Assembly (NCBI GenBank): GCA_963707025.1
Contig: CAVPOM010000018.1
Span: forward strand, 576,001-640,000
Direction: 5' to 3'
Origin: an uncultured Verrucomicrobiae bacterium
GTDB taxonomy: Bacteria > Verrucomicrobiota > Verrucomicrobiia > Limisphaerales > Palsa-1400
Length of the DNA stretch: 64,000 nucleotides
Shown here piece after piece: positions 29,832 to 39,592 of this stretch. The notes beneath the pieces are model-generated. The model was given only the letters and a program-made list of their open reading frames with translations, was not told where the DNA came from and searched no databases. A program made the translations under genes and the position numbers. Numbering within the stretch: position 1 is the stretch's first letter; the number at the start of each line of letters is the position of its first letter.

Positions 29832-30764
29832 TCAACCCCACACCTCGGATTGGCGCAGTTGCTTCAAGAGCAGTTGCTCCAGCGGCGTGTCCGACAGGAC
29901 GCTGAAAAAATTGATGCCCCGGCCCTGGCAATACTCCCGCAGGCGCTGGCAAAAATTCCGCACCGTTTGCTGGTAGGCCTTGAGCCGGAATTTGCCAAAC
30001 GTCACCTCCTGCAATGCTCCCGTCTCGGAGTCCACCAGCCGCAAATCCCCGTAGGCCGGCGGCGCGAATTCCTCCGGCGCCAGTATCTGGATGGCGTTGA
30101 CCTGGAAGCCGCGCCCGATCAACGCGTTCAAACCCGCCTCGTAACCGGCCGGGTCCAGAAAATCGCTCAACAGCACCGCCAGCCCCGCCTGGCGCGCCTG
30201 GATGGCGCCGCGGCGCAACGCCTCGTTCAAATTGGCCGGCCCGCGCGCCGTCACCGTGGCAATATTCTTGAAAAACTCCAGGGCGGATTTGCGCCCGCGC
30301 ACCGCCCGCAACCCGCCCCGCGCCGCCTGCTCCGCGCTCCAGGCCGCCGCCTCCAGGCCCGGCGGTGGCGCGTCCAAATCAGGAAAGGCGCAGACCGAAA
30401 CCCGGTCAAACCCGCACAAGGCCACGTAGCCGACCGCCGCCGCGACCTGGCGCGCGAAATCAAATTTGGGCGGCGTGCCGAAGGTCATGGATTCGCTGGC
30501 ATCGAGAAAAATGCGCACGGGCAGCTCCCGTTCCTCCTCGTAAAGCTTGAGGAAAAGCTTGTCCAGCCGTCCGTAAAGATTCCAATCCAGATAGCGGAAG
30601 TCATCCCCGGCGACGTAGTTGCGATAATCGGCAAATTCGACCGACTGCCCGCGCGCCTTGCTCTGGCGCTCGCCCTTGGCCGAGCTTTTGGCGCGGCGGG
30701 CCGCCAGCAACTGGAACTGCTCCAGCCGGCGCAACAATTCGGGAGTCAGGAGCGCGGCGGCCAT
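29832..30764 (-). CDS. DUF58-domain protein (MoxR-associated)
   Basis: GQSVEFADYRNY..GDDFRYLDWN, FLDASESM and LSDFL motifs. Confidence 0.93.
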   Translation of the reverse strand: MAAALLTPELLRRLEQFQLLAARRAKSSAKGERQSKARGQSVEFADYRNYVAGDDFRYLDWNLYGRLDKLFLKLYEEERELPVRIFLDASESMTFGTPPKFDFARQVAAAVGYVALCGFDRVSVCAFPDLDAPPPGLEAAAWSAEQAARGGLRAVRGRKSALEFFKNIATVTARGPANLNEALRRGAIQARQAGLAVLLSDFLDPAGYEAGLNALIGRGFQVNAIQILAPEEFAPPAYGDLRLVDSETGALQEVTFGKFRLKAYQQTVRNFCQRLREYCQGRGINFFSVLSDTPLEQLLLKQLRQSEVWG

Positions 30765-30801
30765 GGTGGGCGTTCTTAAGGCAGATGGGCAGGAGTTTTC
30801 C

Positions 30802-31056
30802 CTAGGCGGCCTTCAAATCAGATGATGGCGCACAGTTGCCTTGCAGCGGACTCTGACGACGTTTTGATTTCAGGCCGATGGGCTGGGAACCCTTCACGTA
30901 CTGCTTGTTTAACTCGTGAAAACGCTTGATCTGCTTCTGGAATCTCTTCTCGTCCTTCTTCATAAAGGCAAAGAACCGGTCCAGGTCATGTCCGCAACGG
31001 GCGGAAATGTCGTGGCGGACGTCGCGGATTTCCTGGATGACAGGGTCGTTTTTCAT
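30802..31056 (-). CDS. Small putative antitoxin
   Basis: MKNDPVIQEIRDVRHDISARCGHDLDR; directly downstream of a PIN remnant. Confidence 0.65.
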   Translation of the reverse strand: MKNDPVIQEIRDVRHDISARCGHDLDRFFAFMKKDEKRFQKQIKRFHELNKQYVKGSQPIGLKSKRRQSPLQGNCAPSSDLKAA

Positions 31057-31057
31057 T

Positions 31058-31195
31058 TTACTTTTCTGCTAATATTTCCAACGGCGTCACCAGCGCTGGA
31101 GTATGCAAATCCAGCCTGGCATTGATACGCTTAATATGGCTGGTTTTGTTGGCATTGGCAAGATGACGGCAATTCCATCTCTCTAATACAGTCAT
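31058..31195 (-). pseudogene. C-terminal remnant of a PIN-domain toxin
   Basis: WNCRHLANAN...TPALVTPLEIL matches the PIN C-terminal motif (TWN.rH.aN...icTP.el); the N-terminal D.s motif is absent. Confidence 0.7.
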
Positions 31196-31199
31196 TTCA

Positions 31200-32201
31200 T
31201 CACGCCGCGACGGCCGCCGCGTCCTTCGGCACGTCCTGTAGAATCTGCGCAATAATGTGGTCGGTCGTGATCCCCTCGGCCTCGGCCTCAAAATTCAAAA
31301 TCAACCGGTGCCGCAAGGCGGCGGGCGTGACCGCCTGGATGTCCTCGAAACTGACGTTGAAGCGCCCTTGGGCCAGCGCCCGCACCTTGGCGCCCAGCAT
31401 GAGCGTTTGCCCGCCGCGCGGACTGCTGCCAAAGCGCAAGTACTGGTTGCTGATCGGCGCCGCCGTCTCCGTCTTGGGATGGGTCGCCAAGACCAGCCGC
31501 ACCACGTAATCCTTGACATGCGAGGCCACCGGCACGCCGCGCACCAATTGCTGGAACTCGTTGATTTGCTCCTTGTTCATCACGCGCGCAATTCCCGGTT
31601 TCGCGCTCTCCGTCGTGCGCGTCAGCACCTCGGTCAGTTCCTCGCCGCTGGGATAGCCGACAATCAATTTGAAGAAAAACCGGTCCAATTGCGCTTCCGG
31701 CAGCGGATAAGTCCCCTCCTGGTCAATGGGATTTTGCGTGGCCATGACGAAAAACGGCTCGGCCAGCTTGCGGATTTCCCCGCCGGCCGTGACGCTTTTT
31801 TCCTGCATCGCCTCCAGCATGGCCGACTGCGTTTTGGGCGTGGCCCGGTTGATTTCGTCGGCCAGGACCAGATGGGCGAAAATAGGGCCGTGCTGGAACT
31901 GAAATTCGCGCCGTCCGCCGGGGGCTTCCATGACGATATTGGTGCCCAGAATGTCCGCCGGCATCAGATCGGGGGTGAACTGGATGCGATTGAAGCTCAT
32001 GTCCAGCACTTCGCCCAGCGTGCGCACCAGCAAGGTTTTGCCCAGGCCCGGCACCCCTTCCAGTAAAACGTGGCCTCCCCCGAAAACCGCAATCAAAGTC
32101 CCCTCGACGATGGCATGGTGGCCGACGATGACTTTGCCAATCTCCGCGCGCAGCGCTTCGTAGGCGTTGCGGAACGATTCAATCTGTTCTTCAGTATTCA
32201 T
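31200..32201 (-). CDS. moxR: MoxR-family AAA+ ATPase
   Basis: GVPGLGKT, RIQFTPDLMPADI, LADEINRA and ATQNP..EGTYPLPEAQLDRF motifs. Confidence 0.96.
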   Translation of the reverse strand: MNTEEQIESFRNAYEALRAEIGKVIVGHHAIVEGTLIAVFGGGHVLLEGVPGLGKTLLVRTLGEVLDMSFNRIQFTPDLMPADILGTNIVMEAPGGRREFQFQHGPIFAHLVLADEINRATPKTQSAMLEAMQEKSVTAGGEIRKLAEPFFVMATQNPIDQEGTYPLPEAQLDRFFFKLIVGYPSGEELTEVLTRTTESAKPGIARVMNKEQINEFQQLVRGVPVASHVKDYVVRLVLATHPKTETAAPISNQYLRFGSSPRGGQTLMLGAKVRALAQGRFNVSFEDIQAVTPAALRHRLILNFEAEAEGITTDHIIAQILQDVPKDAAAVAA

Positions 32202-32283
32202 GGCAATCCTGTGTTCGCTGACGGAAAAGTTGTAGCAGGAGCCGCCGATAAAAACCAGCCCCAATCGCGCCTGCCAAGTGAAA

Positions 32284-32389
32284 GCGCGCGTCTTGACACA
32301 ACCACCGTGCGCTTCTTCTCCCTCTCCTCCACGGACTTGTGGAGGAGAGGGTCGGGGTGAGGAGGTTTCCCTCTTTTTAGATGCGCCCC
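32284..32389. repeat. REP/MITE-like element with CCCTCTCC...GGAGAGGGTCGGGGTGAGG hairpin
   Basis: Ends GCGCGTCT...AGATGCGC; a related inverted copy lies at 37153-37207. Confidence 0.7.
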
Positions 32390-32406
32390 AAGTGAACCCA
32401 AAAACT

Positions 32407-32607
32407 ATGTTGACCCTGCACCCTGATATTCTGGTCAAGAACGGCAAAAAGCAATTCGCCGTCCTCCCCTACGAAGAATTCCTGGCCTTGCAAGAGCGGC
32501 TGGCGGACGCGGAAGACCTTTTGGAGTTGCGCAAGGCCAAACGCGCGGAAGGCCGAACCCGCTCGCTTTCCCTGGCTGAAGCAAAGCGTCAGTTGAGCGC
32601 TGCCTAG
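32407..32607 (+). CDS. Orphan Phd/YefM-like antitoxin
   Basis: KNGKKQFAVLPYEEFLALQERLADAEDLLELRKAK; no toxin ORF follows. Confidence 0.8.
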   Translation: MLTLHPDILVKNGKKQFAVLPYEEFLALQERLADAEDLLELRKAKRAEGRTRSLSLAEAKRQLSAA

Positions 32608-32795
32608 CCCTCCCGCCCGCCTCCGTCCTCCTCCCGCCGGCGGAATAAACACTCCAAAACTCTCCCCTCTCTCCACGTAGCGTTGCGCCTAAGGCGCAAG
32701 GGCGGATCATTCTTGAGAAAGAGACCGACGCCGGGAAACTCGTGGCGGCAGCGCCGCTACGGCGGGCAGACAGGGCGGGTATTGGGCGATCTGAT

Positions 32796-34169
32796 TTATT
32801 GCCTTCCCAGAATGTGTTTAGTTAGCGCAGTGATAGATCCTGCAACGGCAGCTTCAATGTCTTTCTGTAGGACAGAAGCATCGGGCCTCGTGTGACCCTG
32901 GTACCGTAAAACAACTGCTGGCTTGCTGCGCGGAGTATCCATTCCCAAACTAGTCACCCCTGCATCAACTGTTTGACGATAAACGACGCATTCTAATCCA
33001 TGAGCCGCAATCGAATAAATAAGCACCACGTTATGACCATAATTGCTAACACGCACTCTGAGCCTGCTTTCGCAGACCAGGTCCCCCTCCAAAAACTTTC
33101 CATTCCCTCGGACAATGGGAACGGCCTGTTCGAGTGAGAATCCCCCAGACTTCGCAAGCATTTGGTTTATCTTTCCCAGATAAGGAGTCAGAAACCCCGA
33201 CATGAAAACAACTTGAAAAAAATCAGAGAGTTGGGTTAGCCTGTCATTCTTCTTCAGCGCAGCAGTCTCTCGCGCCGCGACGGCTTCCAAGTCTTCGGAA
33301 GGTTGGCCTGATGGTGGCGAGATTACTTCCTCGAGACGTTTGACCAATTCTTCAACAGTCTGAAAGCGGAGATCAAGTTCATAACTCAACCCCCTGTCCA
33401 AGAGGGCGTTAAGAAAGGCGAGTTGAATTGGATCTTGAACCCTTTTGTCAATCGAATAGTTGGGTGAGCGATGGGGAGGCCGGCCTTGGGAATCTCGCAG
33501 GTTTCTGGGACAGCATTGAGTGAGGCAGTACAACAAAATGCCGCAAAGCCCCGTCAGATCGGAGCGAAAATCTCGCTTGTTCTCACCAGGGCCGCGGCGT
33601 TCTGGCAGACTCAAGAATTTATTGTCCAATGTTTCATCCGTATCGGTGCGGTTGACATTATCATCTTGGTTGAAGGATAGCCCGAAATCCACCATCACCG
33701 CGTCCACGGGTACGAGCCCCCGAATGATAATGTTTTCAGGCTTAATGTCCCGATGCGCGATTCCTGCATTAACGGCCAAACGAACCGTGCAGCACAAATC
33801 GAGCACAACGTGGACGGCTGTCCCGACCAACATGGGTCCAGCTTTGATAACGTCAGCCAAAGTTTTGCCCTCAATCAACTCCATCACAAAATAAAGCGGA
33901 CAACTCGGATCCTCGAATTTCTCGGTGTTGTCTTCCAGGACCTTCGGCACTTTGCCGCCAGCATTATGAAGAACTTTGAGGTTGATTACTTCTTGCGCCA
34001 TTCTTCCGCGTGCTTTGCCATCTCTTGCCTTATGAGCTTTGAGCAGTTTGAGGACTGCTCGGGCAGGTTCGCCTGATACTGATTTCACGAGGAAAGTGTC
34101 CCCCTGACCGCCCCCATCGAGCGGCGCGATTTCGTTCCACTTTTCATTCCAAGGGCCATTTCCGATCAT
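32796..34169 (-). CDS. Hanks-type Ser/Thr protein kinase with an unknown C-terminal domain
   Basis: GGGQG, AVLKLLK, HRDIKPEN, DFG and LPE motifs; no obvious TM. The start may be GTG at 34187. Confidence 0.93.
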   Translation of the reverse strand: MIGNGPWNEKWNEIAPLDGGGQGDTFLVKSVSGEPARAVLKLLKAHKARDGKARGRMAQEVINLKVLHNAGGKVPKVLEDNTEKFEDPSCPLYFVMELIEGKTLADVIKAGPMLVGTAVHVVLDLCCTVRLAVNAGIAHRDIKPENIIIRGLVPVDAVMVDFGLSFNQDDNVNRTDTDETLDNKFLSLPERRGPGENKRDFRSDLTGLCGILLYCLTQCCPRNLRDSQGRPPHRSPNYSIDKRVQDPIQLAFLNALLDRGLSYELDLRFQTVEELVKRLEEVISPPSGQPSEDLEAVAARETAALKKNDRLTQLSDFFQVVFMSGFLTPYLGKINQMLAKSGGFSLEQAVPIVRGNGKFLEGDLVCESRLRVRVSNYGHNVVLIYSIAAHGLECVVYRQTVDAGVTSLGMDTPRSKPAVVLRYQGHTRPDASVLQKDIEAAVAGSITALTKHILGRQ

Positions 34170-34789
34170 CGGGTAATTGTATGGCACCGACTCCCAATTG
34201 CCAGTTGATTTCTGTGAAGCGTTCGGAGCGGAAAGACCAGGCAAAAAGAAAAGTGGAAACGCGGTCAGGACTCACACGGCCACGGCACGGGTGCATGTTT
34301 GAAAACATTTTGATTTACGTGGAGTCAAGTTCTTAGACGTTCAATCCACCCAGCGATTTCGTCACGCCGCTCTTGCGTCCGGAGTTCCGAGGAACCAGCC
34401 GGGAATCTGTCCAAGATTCCTTGGAGAATCCGAGCCTGAACATCCGGTGGACTCTCGGTAAGAATCTTGATGAAGCGCACGCGTGTTGTTCCGTCGTAGT
34501 TAAATGGATCGATATCCAGATCGAGGTCAACGTAAAAGTCATGGTGTGTTCGATAGCTGAAGTCGCCGAGATAGCCACTGCTCACTCCGATGTAGCGGTT
34601 CACAAGTTTATTGACTTCCAACCGCGTCAACGGTCCACTCGGACTCGAGCACTCGTTCGTGTTCGGCGCGCTGAATGAGTTGGCGGTCGTTTCAGTGCGT
34701 GGGGACGCACTTCGCACGTTGGCGACTTCCACCATCAGCACGCGCTTCAGAATGTGTAATGCGCCGATTCCTGGCGAATAGAGCTCCTT

Positions 34790-36240
34790 CACAGCCATCC
34801 CACAGGAAATTGGAAAAAAGTGTTGGCTTGACCATTTGAACCTGCCACAAGGCAGGCATGAAAAACAAAAAAATCAAACCGACACGGTCCCGGTTTAACG
34901 TTTTGCGCCAGATTTGCAATCTCATTCCTGCGCATGAAGTCTCCAAAATAGCGCGGGAGACCGGGGCTCTGGATAAGTCGCGCACCTTCAGTCCGTGGAG
35001 TCACACGGTCAGTTTGCTGGACGCGCAACTCACCCATTGCATCGGACTCAACGATCTGTGCGACTCGCTGCAATTGCATTCCGGGCCGCTGTCCACTTTG
35101 CGCGGCGCCAGCGCCCCCAGCCGCAACGGCCTCTCCCACGCCAACCGGGAGCGTCCGGCCCAGATGGCCGAACAACTCTTCTGGCGGGTCCTGGAGCATT
35201 TGAAAGCACAGACGCCCGGCTTTGCCGCGGGCCAGCGCCGTGGCCCCGCCTTCCGTTTCAAGATGCCCATCCATGTGATTGATAGCACGACCATGGAACT
35301 GGTGGCCAACTGCCTGGACTGGGCCAAGCACCGCCGGCGCAAGGCCGCCGCCAAAACCCATATGCGGTTGAATCTGCAGAATCTTTTGCCCGGTTTTGTC
35401 ATTGTGGACACTGCCGCCGAGCACGACAACCGACGGGCGCGGGAACTGTGCGCCGACTTGAAGAGCGGCGAAATCGCCTTGTTCGACAAGGGTTATGTGG
35501 ACTTCGGCCACTTGCGGGATTTGGACGGGCGCGGGGTCTTTTGGGTGACGCGGGCCAAGGAGAACATGGGCTATGAGGTGGTGCGGAAAATGCCCGCCTC
35601 CAGAGACCCGAAGATTTTGCGCGACGAAGTGATCGTCCTGAGCAACGAGAACAAACCCGCGCCGGAGTTGATGCGCCGGGTGGTGGCGCTGGTCGAGATT
35701 GATGGAGAGGAACGGGAAATGACCTTCCTGACCAACAACCTGGAGTGGAGTCCGCGCAGCGTGGCCGACCTTTACCGCTGCCGCTGGCAGATCGAAGTCT
35801 TCTTCAAACAAATCAAGCAGACCTTGCAGTTGGCGGATTTTCTGGGCCACAACGCCAACGCCGTGCGCTGGCAGGTGTGGACGGCGCTGTTGACCTACGT
35901 GCTGTTGCGCTACCTCAGTCACCTCTCCAACTGGGCGCACAGCTTCACCCGGCTGTTCACGATTTTGCGGGCGGCGCTCTGGGAGAAATATGATCTGCTC
36001 AATTTGCTGGCGTGCTATGGGACAGCAGGCGGCAGCTTTCGCCACTTGGCGCGGCCCGAGCAGGCGTATTTCCCCGGCTTCCAATAAAGCTATGGGACAG
36101 CACACGCGCCCAAACAGGCGCATACCAAACCCAAAAGCCAAACTCGGAAAAATCAAAATCTCATTTTACCCCGAAGACCAATTAAACCCTTGCAAATGAA
36201 CAGGTCAGCACCAGACTTTTCCCCTTATGAGACGGGTGTG
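34790..36240 (+). mobile_element. IS4-family insertion sequence (1451 bp)
   Basis: Imperfect IRs CACAGCCATCCCACAGG / CACACCCGTCTCATAAG (reverse complement); direct repeat GAGCTCCTT at 34781-34789 and 36241-36249. Confidence 0.92.
34858..36087 (+). CDS. IS4-family DDE transposase
   Basis: IDSTT, HD, FDKGY and YRCRWQIEVFFKQIKQ (YREK signature). Confidence 0.96.
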   Translation: MKNKKIKPTRSRFNVLRQICNLIPAHEVSKIARETGALDKSRTFSPWSHTVSLLDAQLTHCIGLNDLCDSLQLHSGPLSTLRGASAPSRNGLSHANRERPAQMAEQLFWRVLEHLKAQTPGFAAGQRRGPAFRFKMPIHVIDSTTMELVANCLDWAKHRRRKAAAKTHMRLNLQNLLPGFVIVDTAAEHDNRRARELCADLKSGEIALFDKGYVDFGHLRDLDGRGVFWVTRAKENMGYEVVRKMPASRDPKILRDEVIVLSNENKPAPELMRRVVALVEIDGEEREMTFLTNNLEWSPRSVADLYRCRWQIEVFFKQIKQTLQLADFLGHNANAVRWQVWTALLTYVLLRYLSHLSNWAHSFTRLFTILRAALWEKYDLLNLLACYGTAGGSFRHLARPEQAYFPGFQ

Positions 36241-37152
36241 GAGCTCCTTCAAATTGGTTTCGGTGACTTTCAACTTTGAGCCATCTTGCCAGAAGGCGTA
36301 GGCCGAATTCGCCAATCGCTTGTACGCTTCGAAGTCGATCTTTCGCGCAGTCGCAGCGAGGCAAAGGATTTCGTGGGCATGGTTGAAGCCTCGCAACCAC
36401 TCGCCGTCAATTTGCCAAGCCTGTTCAGCGGCACTCTTTGGCGACATGAGGAACACGGTGTCGAATCCCGCAAGGCAGTGGATGATCTGGTTACAATAAG
36501 CCAGAAGTTCTTCCGCGCTTGCCCTCGCATATCCTGAGATCAGGTTTTCGTCTCCTTGGTTAGCGGAGGCGCAGATACCACGGTAATGGTCGTTGTCTGA
36601 TAGTGGCCACGTTTCTGGTTGACGGCAGGCTTCGAGGAGTTTCGGATAATCCTGCTCGCGGTCTGCCGCGAGCCAGTTGATGTAAAGGAATTGCGCCAGG
36701 GAGCCTTTGATGGGGGCTTTGTCGAGCCGAAGAGGGATGAAACGGCGCTCCTTGTTCAGCGGGTCGCGAAACCGGAAGGTGCCGGCCTCCAACTGCGCCC
36801 AGTCGGAGCCGAACGCATTCGCCGACATGCAGAGCACGAGCACGCGCGAGTGCTCCAGTCCTTCCTCGATCTTCGCCGGGATGCTGTCGCCTGGTTTTAG
36901 CACCCAGTCATCAAGCCAAACCTTCAGCCCGTCGTTCCTCAACCGCTCCGCGACATCACGAACAACCGCTTTTTCCTTCGTGCTGTGGCTCAGGAAAACA
37001 TCATATTGGAAATCCAAGGACACGATTTGATATTATGGCTGTGCATGTAGTTGGCAAGGAATTCAGTATGCGCCGTTTTTTAAGATTGGTCATTGATGTG
37101 AGCGAAATAAACCGGTCTCGCCTCACGGCATTTTTGTGGTTATTTCCATAAA

Positions 37153-37207
37153 CCCTCACCTCACCCTGACCCTCTCCCCTCCCATCGGATGGGAGCGGAG
37201 AGGGAAC
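37153..37207. repeat. REP-like hairpin CCTCACCCTGACCCTCTCC...GGAGAGGG
   Basis: Same family as 32320-32362, opposite orientation. Confidence 0.7.
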
Positions 37208-37930
37208 AGGCGACGGACACGAATTCTTCCACGGAGGTCTGTCGAGCGACGGCAGATTGGTGGACACCTGCCAGAAATATAATATGCCCCCTCCGTTGAC
37301 TCGGTTGCCTCCGGTTGCATCCCCTGTTCTTCCTTCTGCCTTGATACTTTCTCCCCTTTCCCCCTTGACACCACCTGGGTTAAATGCTAATTTGGCATAG
37401 TGAGAAGAGGGAAGGTGCCAGTGGAATCAGACGGGGACGGAAGCAAGACAGGCTTCCGCCAGCTAAGAATTCAACAGAAGCAATCGAAGTTTTCCCTTCC
37501 CTCTCCCCGGTCCTCCGTCCAGTCCTCCGAACTGTCCGCCACAGCCTTGGCGAAGGTGGAAGCTTTAGCGGTGGTGGAAGGCCCGGCGAAGGTGCAAGGC
37601 CCGGCGCAGGAGGATGCATTTGTCCCGCGCCGGTCAAACCGGTCAAACCCATCGCTGTCCAGCAACGTGAGCGATAAAAATGTGGAAGACCCTCACCTGC
37701 AAGGTGTTGCTGAGTCATTGGGATGTGATCGAAGCAGTCGCGGTCAAACCCAGTCAAACCATGTTTTCAACCTTGACCATGTCCTCCCTGTTGTCCGCCA
37801 TGATTTTAGCCACGGCGGAAGATTTGGGGTCGGAGGAGTCAAGTCGCGACTTCGCTCTGCTCTTTTTGACTTGTCTGCCGATCTCCGATGCAACATGGTT
37901 TTTGCCAGCGTGACTTAATCCGACTTTGCG

Positions 37931-38692
37931 ATGTCCTCCCCGCAACCCAACCTCCGGTTAGACCAGGCCCTCGTCCAGCGCGCCCTTTGTCCCAGTCGCG
38001 AAAAGGCCCGGCGCGCCATCCTGGCCGGGCAGGTCCTGCTCCGCGGGCAGACCGCCAAAAAACCCAGCGACCTGGTCAAGCCGGCAGACGATCTGGCCCT
38101 GACCGTCCCGGAACGCTACGTCAGCCGGGGCGGCTTCAAGCTCGAACACGGCCTGCGCCATTTCCAACTGGATGCGCGCGGCCTGACCGCGATTGACCTC
38201 GGCGCTTCCACCGGCGGATTCACCGATTGTCTCCTGCAAAACGGCGCGGCCAGAGTCTTCGCGGTGGACGTGGGCCGCGGCCAGCTTGCCTGGAAACTGC
38301 GCCAGGATCCGCGCGTGGTCGTCATGGAACGGACCAATGCGCGCCACCTCACCCGGCAAAGTTTCCCCCCGCCCTTCACCGGGGCGGACCTGGTGGTGGC
38401 CGATTGCGCCTTCATCTCGTTGCGCAAGATCTTTCCCGCCGCCGTTGCATTGTTGCGCCGTTCGGGTAAAATCCTCGCCTTGGTGAAACCCCAATTCGAA
38501 GCTGGCAAAGCCGAAGCGGACCGGGGCGCGGGCGTGATTACCGACCCGGCCATTCACGCCCGGGTGCTGCGCGAATTGCGCGAGTTTCTCGCCGCCGACT
38601 CCGGCGTGCTCTGGCAGGGCGAGACGGAATCACCCCTGCTTGGCCCGGCCGGCAACAAGGAATTTCTGGTGCTGCTTGAAAAGACATCCTGA
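37931..38692 (+). CDS. tlyA: TlyA-family rRNA 2'-O-methyltransferase
   Basis: S4 domain, YVSRGGFKL, DLGASTGGFTD, LVKPQFE and GNKEF motifs. Confidence 0.95.
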   Translation: MSSPQPNLRLDQALVQRALCPSREKARRAILAGQVLLRGQTAKKPSDLVKPADDLALTVPERYVSRGGFKLEHGLRHFQLDARGLTAIDLGASTGGFTDCLLQNGAARVFAVDVGRGQLAWKLRQDPRVVVMERTNARHLTRQSFPPPFTGADLVVADCAFISLRKIFPAAVALLRRSGKILALVKPQFEAGKAEADRGAGVITDPAIHARVLRELREFLAADSGVLWQGETESPLLGPAGNKEFLVLLEKTS

Positions 38693-39560
38693 AAAAATCC
38701 ATCGCATCGGGTTGGTGGCCAATGTCGCCAAACCGGCCGGCCGCGCCGCCCTGCGGGGCGCCGCCGCCCTCATCGCCCGCCACGGGCGCATCGCCGCCGC
38801 CGAGGAAAGCACCGCCCGCCAGGCGGGCCTCAAATGCCCGACCTTTGCCAGCGCGACCGAACTGGCCCGCCACTCCGATCTGCTCCTGGTCTTCGGCGGC
38901 GACGGCACCATTTTGCGCGCGGTGCGCGAAAGCGACGGCTGCCAGACCGCCATTCTGGGCATCAACGTGGGCCGCCTTGGTTTTCTCAACGCCGTGGCCG
39001 CCGGCGACCTGCCCGCGGCCTTGCAAAAGATTTGGGACAACGACTTCGTCATCGAGCGGCGTCCGCTCCTGGCGGCGACCGGGCGGTGCCAGGGCAAAAC
39101 GATCCAGTCCTGCGCACTCAACGACATCGTCATCAGCCACGGGGCCGTCTCCCGAGTGATTGAACTGGATGTGAGCGTGAACGGGGAAGCGCTGACCCAA
39201 TATCGCGGCGACGGCCTGATCGTCAGTTCGCCGACCGGTTCGACCGCCTATTCTCTTTCCGCCGGCGGGCCGATTGTCAGTCCGACGGCGCAGGTCTTTG
39301 CCATCACTCCGATTTGCCCGCATGCCCTCTCCAATCGTTCCGTCATCGTCAATGCCAACGCCACCGTGGAAGTCAAGGTCTTGAGCGAACAATTGGAAAT
39401 CATCGTGGCGGCGGACGGCCAGATGCAAGCCACCATGGGCTGCGGCGACGTTGTCACCATCCGCCGCGCCCGCCGCCCCGTCCGCCTGCTCCACCTGGGC
39501 GGCTGGTCCTTTTTTGACACCGTCCGCCGCAAATTGCACTGGAGCGGCTCATCCGTCTAA
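38676..39560 (+). CDS. nadK: NAD+ kinase
   Basis: GGDGT, GRLGFL, LND, GDGLIVSSPTGSTAYSLSAGGP and ADGQ motifs. Confidence 0.96.
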   Translation: MKRHPEKIHRIGLVANVAKPAGRAALRGAAALIARHGRIAAAEESTARQAGLKCPTFASATELARHSDLLLVFGGDGTILRAVRESDGCQTAILGINVGRLGFLNAVAAGDLPAALQKIWDNDFVIERRPLLAATGRCQGKTIQSCALNDIVISHGAVSRVIELDVSVNGEALTQYRGDGLIVSSPTGSTAYSLSAGGPIVSPTAQVFAITPICPHALSNRSVIVNANATVEVKVLSEQLEIIVAADGQMQATMGCGDVVTIRRARRPVRLLHLGGWSFFDTVRRKLHWSGSSV

Positions 39561-39592
39561 AACCGGATGCGTCAACAAGAATTATCGGAGCT

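Larger units (their letters stand above)
34325..37023 (-). pseudogene. TIR-domain protein with an Abi N-terminal-like C-terminal domain, split by IS4
   Basis: YDVFLSHS and SDWAQLE (catalytic Glu present). Removing the IS and one GAGCTCCTT joins ...TNLKEL|YSPGIG... in frame, giving 412 aa. Confidence 0.88.

Noticed and set aside
37380..37918. Short ORFs between the TIR gene and tlyA
   Set aside because: They overlap repeat-like hairpin sequence and show no protein motifs.
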